Shown here piece after piece: positions 46,568-57,033 of a stretch of 64,000 nt of DNA. Numbering within the stretch: the stretch's first letter is position 1; every line of letters begins with the position of its first letter. Location: positions 5,250-69,249 of the forward strand of contig JAYTHY010000046.1 of the NCBI GenBank assembly GCA_043732185.1, given 5' to 3'. The translations under genes were made by a program, and so were the position numbers. Origin of the DNA: Fibrobacteria bacterium (GTDB lineage: Bacteria; Fibrobacterota; Fibrobacteria; UBA11236). The notes below the pieces were generated by a model, which did not search any database, had not been told where the DNA came from, and saw only the letters and a program-made list of their open reading frames with translations.

Positions 46568-47530
46568 TTGTTCTCCATCAATCTTCCTGCCACAGACGCT
46601 GAAAAAATTGAGCTCGCCGGGGAAGGCGAGAAAAATTTCATCCACCTTGAACGCACCTACCAAGTCAAACTATTGACGCGAAATCCTGGAATAACCATCC
46701 AGGCCGAGACGGAAACAGCGGTTAGCGATGCACGCGAAGGCTTAGAAAGACTACGCAATGCCCTGCGCACCGGCCATCAGTTAACGGACTTCTATGTTCA
46801 AGAAATGCTGGGCGGCAGTTCCACCGGGGACGGCAAAAAAGGTGATTTCACACCGCATTTGGAAAAGCCGATTTTAATCGACCGGTTTGGCAATCCTGTG
46901 CAGCCTAAGACTCGCGGCCAAGCCAGATTCATCAACGTCATCAAGAAACACGATATCGTATTGGCAGGCGGACCTGCGGGCACGGGCAAGACCTTTTTGG
47001 CCGTAGCTATGGCTGTCCAGGCCCTGGAAAAGAAACTGGTTGAGCGCATTATTCTGGTGCGCCCAGCCGTTGAATCAGGTGAAAGCCTCGGATTTCTACC
47101 CGGTATGGTCAATGATAAGATTGGTCCGTACATGCGCCCTTTGTATGATTCCCTGAGCGTCATGCTCTCACCTGAGCGCCTTAAAGAATACTGGGACGGC
47201 AACTCCATTGAAATTGCGCCTTTGGCCTACATGCGGGGACGCACTTTGGGGAAAAGCTTTATCATTCTCGATGAAGCCCAGAACACCTCCATCTCGCAGA
47301 TGAAAATGTTTCTGACTCGAATTGGCTTGGGCAGCAAAGCGGTTCTCACCGGGGATGAAACTCAGGTTGACCTCGGCCAATTTGAGAAATCCGGATTCGC
47401 ACATGCTCGTAAGATTTTAACCGGTATCGAAGGAATTGGCCAAATTGAGTTGACCGTGGAAGACGTGGTTCGGCACCGCCTGGTCCGAGATATCATAAAA
47501 GCCTATGAGAAATCCGGCTTTCCAGCTTAG
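46568..47530 (+). CDS. phoH: PhoH-family ATPase (PhoH/YbeZ)
   Basis: Walker A VLAGGPAGTGKTFLAVAMAV, ILDEAQN, LTGDETQVDL. TTG start. Confidence 0.9.
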   Translation: MFSINLPATDAEKIELAGEGEKNFIHLERTYQVKLLTRNPGITIQAETETAVSDAREGLERLRNALRTGHQLTDFYVQEMLGGSSTGDGKKGDFTPHLEKPILIDRFGNPVQPKTRGQARFINVIKKHDIVLAGGPAGTGKTFLAVAMAVQALEKKLVERIILVRPAVESGESLGFLPGMVNDKIGPYMRPLYDSLSVMLSPERLKEYWDGNSIEIAPLAYMRGRTLGKSFIILDEAQNTSISQMKMFLTRIGLGSKAVLTGDETQVDLGQFEKSGFAHARKILTGIEGIGQIELTVEDVVRHRLVRDIIKAYEKSGFPA

Positions 47531-47569
47531 TGAAAAGTTTTCAGGTGAAATTGTCGGCCTAACCTTGAA

Positions 47570-47836
47570 TTGGTCACGTTTCTAACCTATTTTACCTGCT
47601 CCCTAGAAGGAAATGGACCCGGAAAAGCGTCAATGAAAGACTTTTTTAGCAATAAAAACCGAATCATCATCCTGTCTGGGGCTTTGTTGCTGATCCTTGG
47701 TTTTTACCTTTTGGGAAGAGGCCCTGCAGATAACAAAGTCGCGTTAAATATTGCGCCTTTTGTTCTTATGGTCGCTTATGCCCTAGTCCTGCCCATCGGC
47801 ATACTGATGAACAGAGACAAGGATGGGACGAAGTAA
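47570..47836 (+). CDS. small hypothetical membrane protein
   Basis: Two predicted TM helices. ORF only. Confidence 0.3.
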   Translation: MVTFLTYFTCSLEGNGPGKASMKDFFSNKNRIIILSGALLLILGFYLLGRGPADNKVALNIAPFVLMVAYALVLPIGILMNRDKDGTK

Positions 47837-47848
47837 GGCTTAGGTTTA

Positions 47849-47926
47849 GGGCGTTTAGCTCAGTTGGTTTAGAGCATCTGCTTTACACGCAGAGGGTCGG
47901 GGGTTCAAATCCCTCAACGCCCACCA
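47849..47926 (+). tRNA. tRNA-Val (anticodon TAC), CCA encoded
   Basis: GGGCGTTTAGCTCAGTTGGTTTAGAGCATCTGCTTTACACGCAGAGGGTCGGGGGTTCAAATCCCTCAACGCCCACCA folds as a cloverleaf. Acceptor pairing GGGCGTT/AACGCCC. Confidence 0.9.
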
Positions 47927-47934
47927 GCTGGCCC

Positions 47935-48011
47935 GGAGTGGTAGCTCAATTGGTTAGAGTACTAGCCTGTCACGCTAGGGGTTGCGGGTTCAAGTCCCGT
48001 CCATTCCGCCA
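47935..48011 (+). tRNA. tRNA-Asp (anticodon GTC), CCA encoded
   Basis: GGAGTGGTAGCTCAATTGGTTAGAGTACTAGCCTGTCACGCTAGGGGTTGCGGGTTCAAGTCCCGTCCATTCCGCCA. Anticodon loop CTGTCAC. Confidence 0.9.
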
Positions 48012-48027
48012 TCTTAACCAACCTGGG

Positions 48028-48057
48028 GTGGGTCTTCTCTGAAAAGGGAAGACCCAC
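48028..48057 (+). terminator. GC-rich hairpin after tRNA-Asp (GTGGGTCTTC...GAAGACCCAC). No U-tract, so may be a processing or termination element.
   Basis: 10-bp perfect stem seen in the sequence. Lies between the tRNA pair and glgB. Confidence 0.35.
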
Positions 48058-48113
48058 TGCCACGGTTGGGAATTTTTCTGGAAAATTCGTCCAAAATGAG
48101 GTAGGGTGATCCT

Positions 48114-50351
48114 GTGCCCCTAAAATGCCTGCTATCTCCTTACGAATTATCGCTACTTGAAAATTGTGCCAGCTTCGATCCCTTTCTGAATCTTGGCTAT
48201 CATCACGTAGTCCACAACAAGCAAACCATCGGAATCATCAGGGTTTTCAATCCACAATTCAAAAAGGTGGAGCTCCTTTGGGATGAAGGCACTGCCGAAT
48301 GCGGGCTTGTTTCAGGAACGGGTTGCTTCGAATGCCTATTCCCCTCCAAGCTGGAATTCTTTCCCTATCGTATCCGAGCCACTTTTCAGTCTGGCCAGAT
48401 TTACGAGTATGAGGATCCCTACTCCATCCTCCCGGTTCTGTCCGACTATGACGGCTATCTATTTGCGAAAGGAACCCATTACCAAATCTGGAAAAAAATG
48501 GGAGCCAACCCGATAACCCATCAGGGGCAGGCTGGTGTGCATTTTGCCGTTTGGGCACCAAATGCCAAAGGTGTCGCCGTTATTGGGGATTTCAATGGTT
48601 GGAATGGACGCAGCCATATGCTGCGGAAACTTTCTTCGGCCGGTATTTGGGAAATATTCATTCCAGCCTTAACTCCCGGCCCCAAATACAAATTTCTGAT
48701 TCACACTCTTGGTGGTGTCTTGGTGGAAAAGATGGATCCCTACGCCAAGGAAGCGGAGCTTCGACCTAAAACTGCCGCAATTATCACGGACCCTACCCCA
48801 TATCTATGGCATGATGACGCATGGGCTGCGGAGAGGCCAAACCTACAAAGGGACAACCAACCCATTTCCGTTTACGAAGTGCATTTGGGATCCTGGCAGA
48901 AATCACCTGGTCGGGAGTCCGGTTTTCTCGAATACCATGAATTGGCCGAAAGGCTTATTCCCTATGCCAAAGGTATGGGTTATACGCATCTCGAGTTGAT
49001 GCCTATTCAGGAACACCCACTGGATGAAAGTTGGGGCTACCAGGTCCTGGGTTACTACTCCCCCACCAAACGGTTTGGCACACCTAAAGGCTTCAAAGAC
49101 TTTGTGGACCGCTGCCATCAAGCTGGCTTAGGCGTTTTGTTGGATTGGGTTCCAGCCCACTTTCCTTCCGACGAGCACGGGCTGGATTTCTTTGACGGCA
49201 CGCAATTGTATGCGCATGAAGACCCGCGCAAAGGAAGCCATCCTCAATGGGGCACGCGCATTTTCAATTACAGTCGGCATGAGGTCAGCAATTTCCTGAT
49301 TGCCAATGCCCTGTATTGGATGGAAGAGTTTCATATCGACGGACTGCGCGTAGATGCGGTTGCTTCCATGCTTTATCTGGATTATGCTCGGGAAGACGGC
49401 GCTTGGATTCCCAATCCGGACGGCAGCAATACCAACCATGAAGCGGTAGAATTCCTTAAACATTTGAACTCGATGATTTTAAAACATTATCCCCATCGAC
49501 TTATGATCGCTGAAGAAAGTTCTGCTTTTCCAGGCGTCACGCACGACCTTGATAAAGGGGGGCTGGGATTTCACTATAAATGGAGCCTGGGCTGGATGAA
49601 CGACATCCTGGCCTATCTAGCCAAGGATCCGCTATACCGTCGCTATCATCAAAATTTGTTGACCTTTGAAATGTCCTACGCTTTTTCGGAACGCTTTGCA
49701 CTGGTCCTTTCGCATGATGAAGTGGTACATGGCAAGGGTTCCTTGCCGAATAAAATGCCCGGTGACGATTGGCAAAAATTTGCCAATGTGCGGTCGGCTT
49801 TTGCTTATCTCTTCGCGCACCCAGGTAAGAAGCTGCATTTTATGGGATTGGAATTTGGTCAATACGCGGAATGGAATCCCGGCGTGTCCCTGGACTGGCA
49901 CCTGCTCCAGCAAGACCGCCATAAAGGGCTACAGAGCTTAGTGCGGGACTTGAACACCATCTATCGGCAGGAGCCGGCGCTCTATGAACTGGACTCTTCC
50001 TATGCCGGGTTTCAATGGGTAGATTTTCAGGACCAGGAAAACAATATCGTTTCCTTTTTGCGCAAAGGTGAGCACCGTGACGGTGATGAACGTCAGGAAT
50101 TGATTTTGTGCTTATTCAATTTTAGTCCCGTCCCACGGCATAATTACCGCGTAGGCGTTCCATTAGAGGGTTTCTACCATGAAATCTTCAATAGCGATTC
50201 ATTGGTATATGGCGGTGGAAATGTGGGTAATCTGGGTGGCAAACGCACGGTGACTTCACCTATGCACAACTTTGCACACTCGCTGGAATTGACCGCTCCT
50301 CCATTGGCAGCCTGCTTTTTCAAGTTCCAGGGCGACGGTAAAGCTCCTTAG
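48114..50351 (+). CDS. glgB: 1,4-alpha-glucan branching enzyme GlgB
   Basis: GH13 catalytic motifs (GVLLDWVPAHF, GLRVDAVASMLY, MIAEESSAFPG, SHDEVVHGK). N-terminal CBM48 region HFAVWAPNAKGVAVIGDFNGWNG. Confidence 0.9.
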   Translation: MPLKCLLSPYELSLLENCASFDPFLNLGYHHVVHNKQTIGIIRVFNPQFKKVELLWDEGTAECGLVSGTGCFECLFPSKLEFFPYRIRATFQSGQIYEYEDPYSILPVLSDYDGYLFAKGTHYQIWKKMGANPITHQGQAGVHFAVWAPNAKGVAVIGDFNGWNGRSHMLRKLSSAGIWEIFIPALTPGPKYKFLIHTLGGVLVEKMDPYAKEAELRPKTAAIITDPTPYLWHDDAWAAERPNLQRDNQPISVYEVHLGSWQKSPGRESGFLEYHELAERLIPYAKGMGYTHLELMPIQEHPLDESWGYQVLGYYSPTKRFGTPKGFKDFVDRCHQAGLGVLLDWVPAHFPSDEHGLDFFDGTQLYAHEDPRKGSHPQWGTRIFNYSRHEVSNFLIANALYWMEEFHIDGLRVDAVASMLYLDYAREDGAWIPNPDGSNTNHEAVEFLKHLNSMILKHYPHRLMIAEESSAFPGVTHDLDKGGLGFHYKWSLGWMNDILAYLAKDPLYRRYHQNLLTFEMSYAFSERFALVLSHDEVVHGKGSLPNKMPGDDWQKFANVRSAFAYLFAHPGKKLHFMGLEFGQYAEWNPGVSLDWHLLQQDRHKGLQSLVRDLNTIYRQEPALYELDSSYAGFQWVDFQDQENNIVSFLRKGEHRDGDERQELILCLFNFSPVPRHNYRVGVPLEGFYHEIFNSDSLVYGGGNVGNLGGKRTVTSPMHNFAHSLELTAPPLAACFFKFQGDGKAP

Positions 50352-53089
50352 AAGCCCAGGCCCTTAAGTACTTTCTTTCCCTGCTTCTTGCCCTCATCGG
50401 TGACTTTCTTTTTCTGCTCATCGGCCTGCTGCTGTAATTTCTGTTTTTCTGCATCCAGCCTAGCCTTGGCTTCTCCTTCGAGTTTAGCCTTCTCTGCTTC
50501 CGCTCTGACTTTGAGTTCGTCCTTCTTTTTGTTAAAAGCATCCGTCAGGGCATTCTTAGCACCGGCTCCAGCTTCCGATGCCATGCGTTTGGAGTCCAGG
50601 GCAAAGCTTGGCTTGGACAACAATCCACCAATCAAAAAGTAAACAATCGCCCGACCGGCTTGATCCTTGGGAACCAAGCTGGCACCGGCTAAGGCGGGTA
50701 CTTGGGTCAGTTTAGCTACTTCCGAGGTCAGGGCATTTCCTGCGCCCATAACCGCCTGACTGAGTCCAGGCGGCAGGTGTGTTTCGAGAGCAAGGTTGAG
50801 GGAATTATCAAATCCAACCGATCCAGAAGCAGCCAACGCACCAACTACCGATTCATTAATCCGGCAATCCTTAATCAGAAGCTTGCCACCAGCGGCCTCC
50901 ATATTGGTTTTAAAATTGGAGAAGGTGAATTCATGAAAGGCCAAGGACTTGCTGACTTTGCCCAAGGCATCGGAAAGCCCTTTGACCATACCCGTCTCCA
51001 ACACCTTTCCATCCAGAATGCCAAAGTCGATTTTTCCTGTAAGATTGTCAGCCATGGTTTGGGGAAGCCCATGGGTTTTAACATCCATGTTCAGATTAAA
51101 TTTGCCAAAAATTGTGCTATCAGCCTTTGATAAGCTTTTCATAATGCGGTTGGACGTAGGCAGGCGGTCGTTCAGGCGGGAAATGAAATCATTTGCTTCC
51201 ACCCGCGCGACGTCCAATTTTAAGGCAATATCGGCATTCGTTGTATCCTTAAGGTCCGCTTTTAAAGTCGAGGAAAATCCGCCGGAATAGAGTGAACCTT
51301 TCATGACTGATGTTAAAACACCGGCCGCCAAGGTGGCATGGGAGGTAAAATCCGTCATGGCCAAATTCATCAATTGAGTCTTAGCCAGTTTTACTGTGAT
51401 ATCCGCGTCGAGTTTGGGTAGCGCAGGAAAAGCGGTCATGGGCGGGCTTTCAGCTTCCACCTTTTTGTCCCCGCCGGGAAGCAACTCATCCAAATTAAGA
51501 ACAGAGGATTGCACCATCAATTTTGCGTGTGTAGTTTGGCCAGCACTGAATTTGGGCATGAGCATAGCCAAATAGTTTATAATGGTTCCGGTAAGACTAA
51601 GATCCGATTCGCCGATATGAACGGTCAGATTTTCGCCGATCTTGTCGTTGTCAATTTTAATTTGACCATTTAACTGCACCGCTTTTGGCAGGGCTTTTGA
51701 AGCGAGGCTAACGCCTTTAAGTTCCACCTGGCCTTGCGCTTGCAAATTTTGCGGAGCCTTGGGATCAAGTGGCCCGGAGGCTTTAATCCTAGCCTGAATG
51801 AGCCCTTGACCTTTAATATCAGGTCCGGCCATGGCCAGCTTTTGGGCCAATGGAATCAGCTTGCCTAGGTCCAGCAGCATATCCAAATTAAAATCCTTGA
51901 GGACAGGAACGGGACTATGCAGAGAGGTCACCAGTGCTTCCATGCTAACTGGGTTACCACCCAAGCTAAAGGCAAACTGTCCGAGCCTAAGACTGTCGCC
52001 GGCAACTTGCAGGTCCAGATTCAGGTTCTCGATTGCAGCAGGTAAATCTCTATGTTTGATACCACCATCCTTAATGGTGAATTGAGCAGTCACTTCAGGA
52101 ACTTTTCCGGAGTCCAACCCCCCTTTGATATTCGCCTCTAGGCTGGCTATTCCACTTGCGGTGAGCTTCGGGACATCAGGCGATAAGCCGGCAGGCACTT
52201 CCTTGAGAACCGATGCCAAATGAATATTAGGAGCCGAAAGGCTTAAGTTGAATGCCGGTGGTTTGGTAATAAAATGGGTGGCATCACCTTTAATCACAGC
52301 GCGAATGTCCTGGAAACTCAATTCTAAAGTTTTGATCTGGAGCTTTTCAGCGGGAACATTAAGGTGGATATCGTGCCGAATGGTTATCCGGATATTGCCC
52401 GTATGGACGCCAGAAACAGAATCCGAAACTTTGATACCCAAGATTTCCAATTTGCCTCGGGTATTTACATTTTCAAGCCGCTGGTCCAAGTCCAAGGAAA
52501 CGGCTTGGTTGATTCGGTCCAGAATGATTTGACGTCCACTTTGTAAATCCCGAAGTCGGAATCGACCATTTTGAATCACAAAGGATTTAAGGGCAACGGC
52601 CGCCGGACTTTCAACACTTGCGGGAGCCCCGCCAGCAGCCGGATTTTTTGAAGGGTGCACTGAATCTGGTAAAGCAGACCCTGGTTCCGATTTGCCCAAG
52701 CCTTCGAAATTATTATGGCCGGTTTTGGAGACTTCGTAAAGGATTTCTGGTTCAACCAGTTTGATTTCATTAACAACCGGTGAAAACTTAAGCAGGGAAA
52801 CAAAATCAATGGATAGAGCGAGTTCACGCAATTTAATACAGGGGTCCACAGAGAAGCCCTGGGCATTAGCCACATTGACCTCCGAGACGGACAGCTTCAG
52901 GTTTGGAAAAACCCGAATGGAGACGTCCTCAACAGTTACATCCCGATGCAGGGCTTCAGTACCGTGTTTATGGATCAACTCTTTAATCTTCGCCGGGGGA
53001 AAAGCGAGTTTAATGGCAAGGTAGGCACCTAAACTCAAAATCAAAAGAAGCGCGATAGCGGCGAGAATTAGTCTTTTGGCAAGTTTCAT
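50348..53089 (-). CDS. AsmA-family outer-membrane-biogenesis protein with Lys/Glu-rich C-terminal tail
   Basis: N-terminal TM anchor and a long beta-rich periplasmic region typical of AsmA/TamB-like proteins. C-terminal KE-rich coiled tail. Its stop overlaps the glgB stop (convergent). Confidence 0.7.
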   Translation of the reverse strand: MKLAKRLILAAIALLLILSLGAYLAIKLAFPPAKIKELIHKHGTEALHRDVTVEDVSIRVFPNLKLSVSEVNVANAQGFSVDPCIKLRELALSIDFVSLLKFSPVVNEIKLVEPEILYEVSKTGHNNFEGLGKSEPGSALPDSVHPSKNPAAGGAPASVESPAAVALKSFVIQNGRFRLRDLQSGRQIILDRINQAVSLDLDQRLENVNTRGKLEILGIKVSDSVSGVHTGNIRITIRHDIHLNVPAEKLQIKTLELSFQDIRAVIKGDATHFITKPPAFNLSLSAPNIHLASVLKEVPAGLSPDVPKLTASGIASLEANIKGGLDSGKVPEVTAQFTIKDGGIKHRDLPAAIENLNLDLQVAGDSLRLGQFAFSLGGNPVSMEALVTSLHSPVPVLKDFNLDMLLDLGKLIPLAQKLAMAGPDIKGQGLIQARIKASGPLDPKAPQNLQAQGQVELKGVSLASKALPKAVQLNGQIKIDNDKIGENLTVHIGESDLSLTGTIINYLAMLMPKFSAGQTTHAKLMVQSSVLNLDELLPGGDKKVEAESPPMTAFPALPKLDADITVKLAKTQLMNLAMTDFTSHATLAAGVLTSVMKGSLYSGGFSSTLKADLKDTTNADIALKLDVARVEANDFISRLNDRLPTSNRIMKSLSKADSTIFGKFNLNMDVKTHGLPQTMADNLTGKIDFGILDGKVLETGMVKGLSDALGKVSKSLAFHEFTFSNFKTNMEAAGGKLLIKDCRINESVVGALAASGSVGFDNSLNLALETHLPPGLSQAVMGAGNALTSEVAKLTQVPALAGASLVPKDQAGRAIVYFLIGGLLSKPSFALDSKRMASEAGAGAKNALTDAFNKKKDELKVRAEAEKAKLEGEAKARLDAEKQKLQQQADEQKKKVTDEGKKQGKKVLKGLGF

Positions 53090-53197
53090 GAATGGGGCTC
53101 CTGGGCAGGGAATTGCCTTAATCTAGTTTTTTGCCATTAAAAATGAAAACGCCACCCTAAATGAGGGTGGCGTTTGAATGAGAATTTTTAAAATGAA

Positions 53198-53809
53198 TTA
53201 AATGGTGCTAAGCGAGACCATGAAACTGGCATTGGCCTTATTGTCGGTTCCGACAATGGTTCCCACAGTCACAAGACACAGCTTTCCACCACTGGTCTTG
53301 ACAATAAACTTTTCACCACCGACAATGACATTGGATGGTGACGCTGTACCGGCATCAAACGCTACCTTGGCGGCTTCTTGATCCGCAGGCATGGTGGTAA
53401 TCTTGACGACTTTAAGATCCATGATTTTGGTTACATCGTAGGTATTGGTCAGATTGATGGAATTTGCAATGCCAGCAAGTCTTGCTGCAGTGGGGTTATC
53501 CATGTGGAAGGCAGCCCCGTAAAACATAAATACCAAGTCAATGCTTGGCTGTGCAGCGTTAGCGGCTGCAGAGGTTAAAGCCACTCCTGCATCAAGGTCA
53601 AGAACGGAACCCAGGGTCGCACCTTGAGCACCAGCAGAAATGGTTTTTGCAGCAACTATTGCCGTGTGGTGTGCAGTATCAACTGTGGCGACCGTGTCTT
53701 TCTTTGAATCGGTTAAGCAACCGGTCAAGGTCGTGGTGCTGACCATCATCATGCAACCAGCGATAAATCCGCCGGCTAGAATCTTTTTCATATTACCCCA
53801 AACCATCAT
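53198..53809 (-). CDS. hypothetical lipoprotein (Thr/Ala-rich)
   Basis: Lipobox LTGCLT. ORF only. Confidence 0.4.
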   Translation of the reverse strand: MMVWGNMKKILAGGFIAGCMMMVSTTTLTGCLTDSKKDTVATVDTAHHTAIVAAKTISAGAQGATLGSVLDLDAGVALTSAAANAAQPSIDLVFMFYGAAFHMDNPTAARLAGIANSINLTNTYDVTKIMDLKVVKITTMPADQEAAKVAFDAGTASPSNVIVGGEKFIVKTSGGKLCLVTVGTIVGTDNKANASFMVSLSTI

Positions 53810-53982
53810 AGACGCTCCTTAAGGTTTTGATTCATTCAACAACATACTTACAGGGGTTAAAATATTAATAATTTGGGGTCATAGCAATAAAAATCGCAAT
53901 TTGAGACACTTTTTATGCTTACTGAAATATATTGGCTAACTTTTTTAGGACTATCGCGTGTTTTGTTTAAGTGACCCTGGGC

Positions 53983-56028
53983 TCAGCCAGCTTCAAGCTT
54001 CTGGATTTGGTCGCGAATATAGGCGGCTTTTTCAAACTCCAAATTATCGGCTGCTTCCTTCATTTTTTTCCGCAAATCCTTAAGTCGGACAGGCCCACGT
54101 TCCCCTTCACCTGTTTCACCGGCTTCTGCTCCCCCTGACCTGGTTCCTCCGGTATATGCCGCAGTATACGCCGCTTCCTCCTCGGCCACCAAAAGCGCGC
54201 GCAAATCGGTGGAATAGTCCACTTCGGGCATGAGCTGCAAATGCTGATGGATTTCCCGCTGCACGCTGCGTGGCTGCATACCAGTGCGCAGATTCGATTC
54301 CTGCTGCTTGGTGCGCCTTTTATTGGTTTCATCGATGGCGTAGCGCATGCTATCGGTCATTTTGTCCGCGTACAGCAGGACGCGACCATTCAAATGGCGA
54401 GCGGCCCGCCCGATGGTTTGGATCAGGGAACGGTTGCTTCGCAGAAAGCCTTCTTTATCGGCGTCTAGAATGATGACCAAGGAAACTTCAGGCAAATCCA
54501 GCCCTTCTCGAAGCAAATTGATCCCGACTAGAATATCGATTTCGCCTTTGCGCAATTGTTTAATGATTTCACTGCGAGCCAGGGTATCCGTATCTGAATG
54601 CATATAACTGACTTTTAGTCCGGCATTTTCCAGATACTCGGTCAAGTCCTCGGCGCTGCGCTTGGTCAGCGTGGTGATGAGGGTGCGTTCTTGCCGCTTG
54701 GTTCGCAGGGCGATTTCATTCATGATATCATCGATTTGACCCTTGGTGGGTCGGACCTCGACTTCCGGATCCAATAAGCCTGTAGGCCGAATGATCTGTT
54801 CCACCACAATGCCCCCGCTCTTGCGCAATTCATAATCCGCAGGCGTGGCCGAGACGAAAATCGTGGTGGGAATTTTGGCTTCGAATTCGGCAAATTTTAG
54901 GGGGCGATTGTCCAAGGCACAGGGCAGTCGGAAACCATAGTTGACCAGGTTTTCCTTCCGGGCCCGATCCCCGTTGTACATGGCCGATATTTGCGGAATG
55001 GTGACATGGGATTCATCGAGGATAAGCAGGTAATCCTCGCCGAAGAAATCCATCAAGGTGGACGGCGGGGTTCCCACAGCACGGTTTTCGATAATGCGGG
55101 AATAGTTTTCCACACCCGGGCAGCGGCCTACCTCTTTCAGCATTTCCATATCGTACATGGTGCGCTGATTGAGGCGTTGGGCTTCCAGCAATTTATTTTC
55201 ATTTGTGAAAGTACGTAGCGATTCATCGAGCTCAAGGCGCATGTCCCGCAATACCCGTTCCATGCCCTCCTCACTGGTCACATAATGGCGCGCAGGATAC
55301 AAGAGCACAAGCGGCAACTGTTCCTCTTCTTCACCTGTGATCAAATTGATGCGGCGGATTTTCTCTACTTCCGGACCAAAAAATTCGAAGCGATAGGCGA
55401 AATCATTGTAGGGAGGATGCACTTCCACCACGTCCCCGCGTACGCGAAAGGTCCCTCGCTTGAAATCGATATCGTTGCGGCTGTAATAGATGTCGATCAA
55501 TTTGCGTAGGAAATCACCGCGTTCAATCGAGTCGCCGACTTTGACTTCAAGCATCATTTTCCGGTACTCCACCGGGGAGCCCAATCCGTAAATGCACGAT
55601 ACGGAGGAAACGACGATCACGTCCCGCCGCGACATCAGCGAGGCCGTTGTGCGCAGGCGCAGCTTGTCGATTTCCTCGTTGATATTGGAATCCTTCTCAA
55701 TATAAGTATCGGAAGCAGGCACATACGCTTCCGGTTGGTAGTAGTCGTAATAGCTGACGAAATACTCTACCGCGTTCTTGGGAAAGAAGGATTTGAACTC
55801 CTGATAGAGTTGCGCCGCCAAGGTTTTATTATGGGAAATAATTAATGTGGGCTTGTCCAAAGCCTGTATTACATTGGCTATGGTGAAGGTTTTACCGGAA
55901 CCGGTTACTCCCAATAAGGTTTGGAATTTTTCCCCGGATTGGCAGGCAGAAACCAACTGGTGGATGGCAGCAGGTTGATCGCCATTTGGGGCGAATGGAG
56001 CTTCGAGTTTAAATCCGGCCATTCCCAA
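53983..56028 (-). CDS. uvrB: excinuclease ABC subunit B
   Basis: Walker A GVTGSGKTFTIAN. Helicase motifs. C-terminal UvrC-interaction helix LEFEKAAYIRDQIQKLE. A Gly/Glu-rich linker precedes it. Confidence 0.95.
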   Translation of the reverse strand: MGMAGFKLEAPFAPNGDQPAAIHQLVSACQSGEKFQTLLGVTGSGKTFTIANVIQALDKPTLIISHNKTLAAQLYQEFKSFFPKNAVEYFVSYYDYYQPEAYVPASDTYIEKDSNINEEIDKLRLRTTASLMSRRDVIVVSSVSCIYGLGSPVEYRKMMLEVKVGDSIERGDFLRKLIDIYYSRNDIDFKRGTFRVRGDVVEVHPPYNDFAYRFEFFGPEVEKIRRINLITGEEEEQLPLVLLYPARHYVTSEEGMERVLRDMRLELDESLRTFTNENKLLEAQRLNQRTMYDMEMLKEVGRCPGVENYSRIIENRAVGTPPSTLMDFFGEDYLLILDESHVTIPQISAMYNGDRARKENLVNYGFRLPCALDNRPLKFAEFEAKIPTTIFVSATPADYELRKSGGIVVEQIIRPTGLLDPEVEVRPTKGQIDDIMNEIALRTKRQERTLITTLTKRSAEDLTEYLENAGLKVSYMHSDTDTLARSEIIKQLRKGEIDILVGINLLREGLDLPEVSLVIILDADKEGFLRSNRSLIQTIGRAARHLNGRVLLYADKMTDSMRYAIDETNKRRTKQQESNLRTGMQPRSVQREIHQHLQLMPEVDYSTDLRALLVAEEEAAYTAAYTGGTRSGGAEAGETGEGERGPVRLKDLRKKMKEAADNLEFEKAAYIRDQIQKLEAG

Positions 56029-56099
56029 AATATAGGAAAAGGAGCAAATGGCCTCCCCTACCTTTTAAACAAGGACGGGAGAGGTTTAAATCAGTGCGG

Positions 56100-56819
56100 T
56101 TAAGGAATTTGCGCCAATAGGCGAGCAGCGTCAAAGGCTTCTTTGGATTCCGGATAGACGCGGGACAGCTTTTCTGCCGTGGCCTTTTCCTTTTCCGAAT
56201 TCTTTAATTCGCGGTAGGCTAGCGTCAATTTCCACAAAGCATTGGGAACGGCTGGACTCAAGTCCACCACTTCTTTGCCTTCCACATTTTCAGTGGGTGC
56301 ACCGGTTTTGCGCGCGAATTTGGAGACGAACTTCTCCAGATTTTCAGCGGCCAGGGCATAATCCTTTTTTTGCAAATAGCTAGAGGCTAAGCCATGCAAG
56401 GCACCGGATGAAATGAGTGCATGGGAACTGGACTGGTCCACGGAAGCAAAGGCCTTCACGGCTTCATCATATTTGCCCTTGGAGTAGTAAATCTGGCCCA
56501 ACAGAAGATTGGCTTTGTCCTGAACAAGTCGGGTGTGTCCGGTTTTGACAAAATCCAGTAGGAAGGTTTGGGCAGCATCCAATTTGTCTTCGCTATACAG
56601 GATGTAAACCGGTCCAAGCAGCTTGTTTTCGCTTGCCTGGGAGGCCACTCGATCATTATTGAACCAGACTATTCCGGATACGGCTAAAGCAATGCCAGCC
56701 AAAATATAGGATGTCAACTTTCCAAAACGCGGCCAGAACTCGATCATAAACCAATCCAACAAACTGGTTTCTTTTTCCTGGACTTTTTCCGTAACGGGTA
56801 CTTGCTTAGAAAGGTTCAT
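56100..56819 (-). CDS. TPR-repeat protein with N-terminal membrane anchor (YfgM-like architecture)
   Basis: One TM helix followed by TPR-like repeats. Confidence 0.55.
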   Translation of the reverse strand: MNLSKQVPVTEKVQEKETSLLDWFMIEFWPRFGKLTSYILAGIALAVSGIVWFNNDRVASQASENKLLGPVYILYSEDKLDAAQTFLLDFVKTGHTRLVQDKANLLLGQIYYSKGKYDEAVKAFASVDQSSSHALISSGALHGLASSYLQKKDYALAAENLEKFVSKFARKTGAPTENVEGKEVVDLSPAVPNALWKLTLAYRELKNSEKEKATAEKLSRVYPESKEAFDAARLLAQIP

Positions 56820-57033
56820 CCCATCCTCTTAGTGACGGTAAAGGTGAAGACGAGGAACCGATAGCCCTGCGGACAGATCAGCCCTGAAAAACGGCCCAGA
56901 AAGCTAACTAAGCAGCCCCTACTGGTCAAGCTATTTAGGCCCATGGCTGCTCAAAAAACGCGCCTTTGGACGAGACGAGTCCAAGAGGCTGTGGTATAAT
57001 CAATCAACTAGGACGCTTCATCCACGGGAAATC

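Noticed and set aside
56029-56099. TTTAAAC-N15-GTTTAAA inverted repeat upstream of uvrB as an SOS operator
   Set aside because: The arms are AT-only and short, and the spacer is GC-rich. It is more likely an incidental or terminator-like feature between the TPR gene and uvrB.
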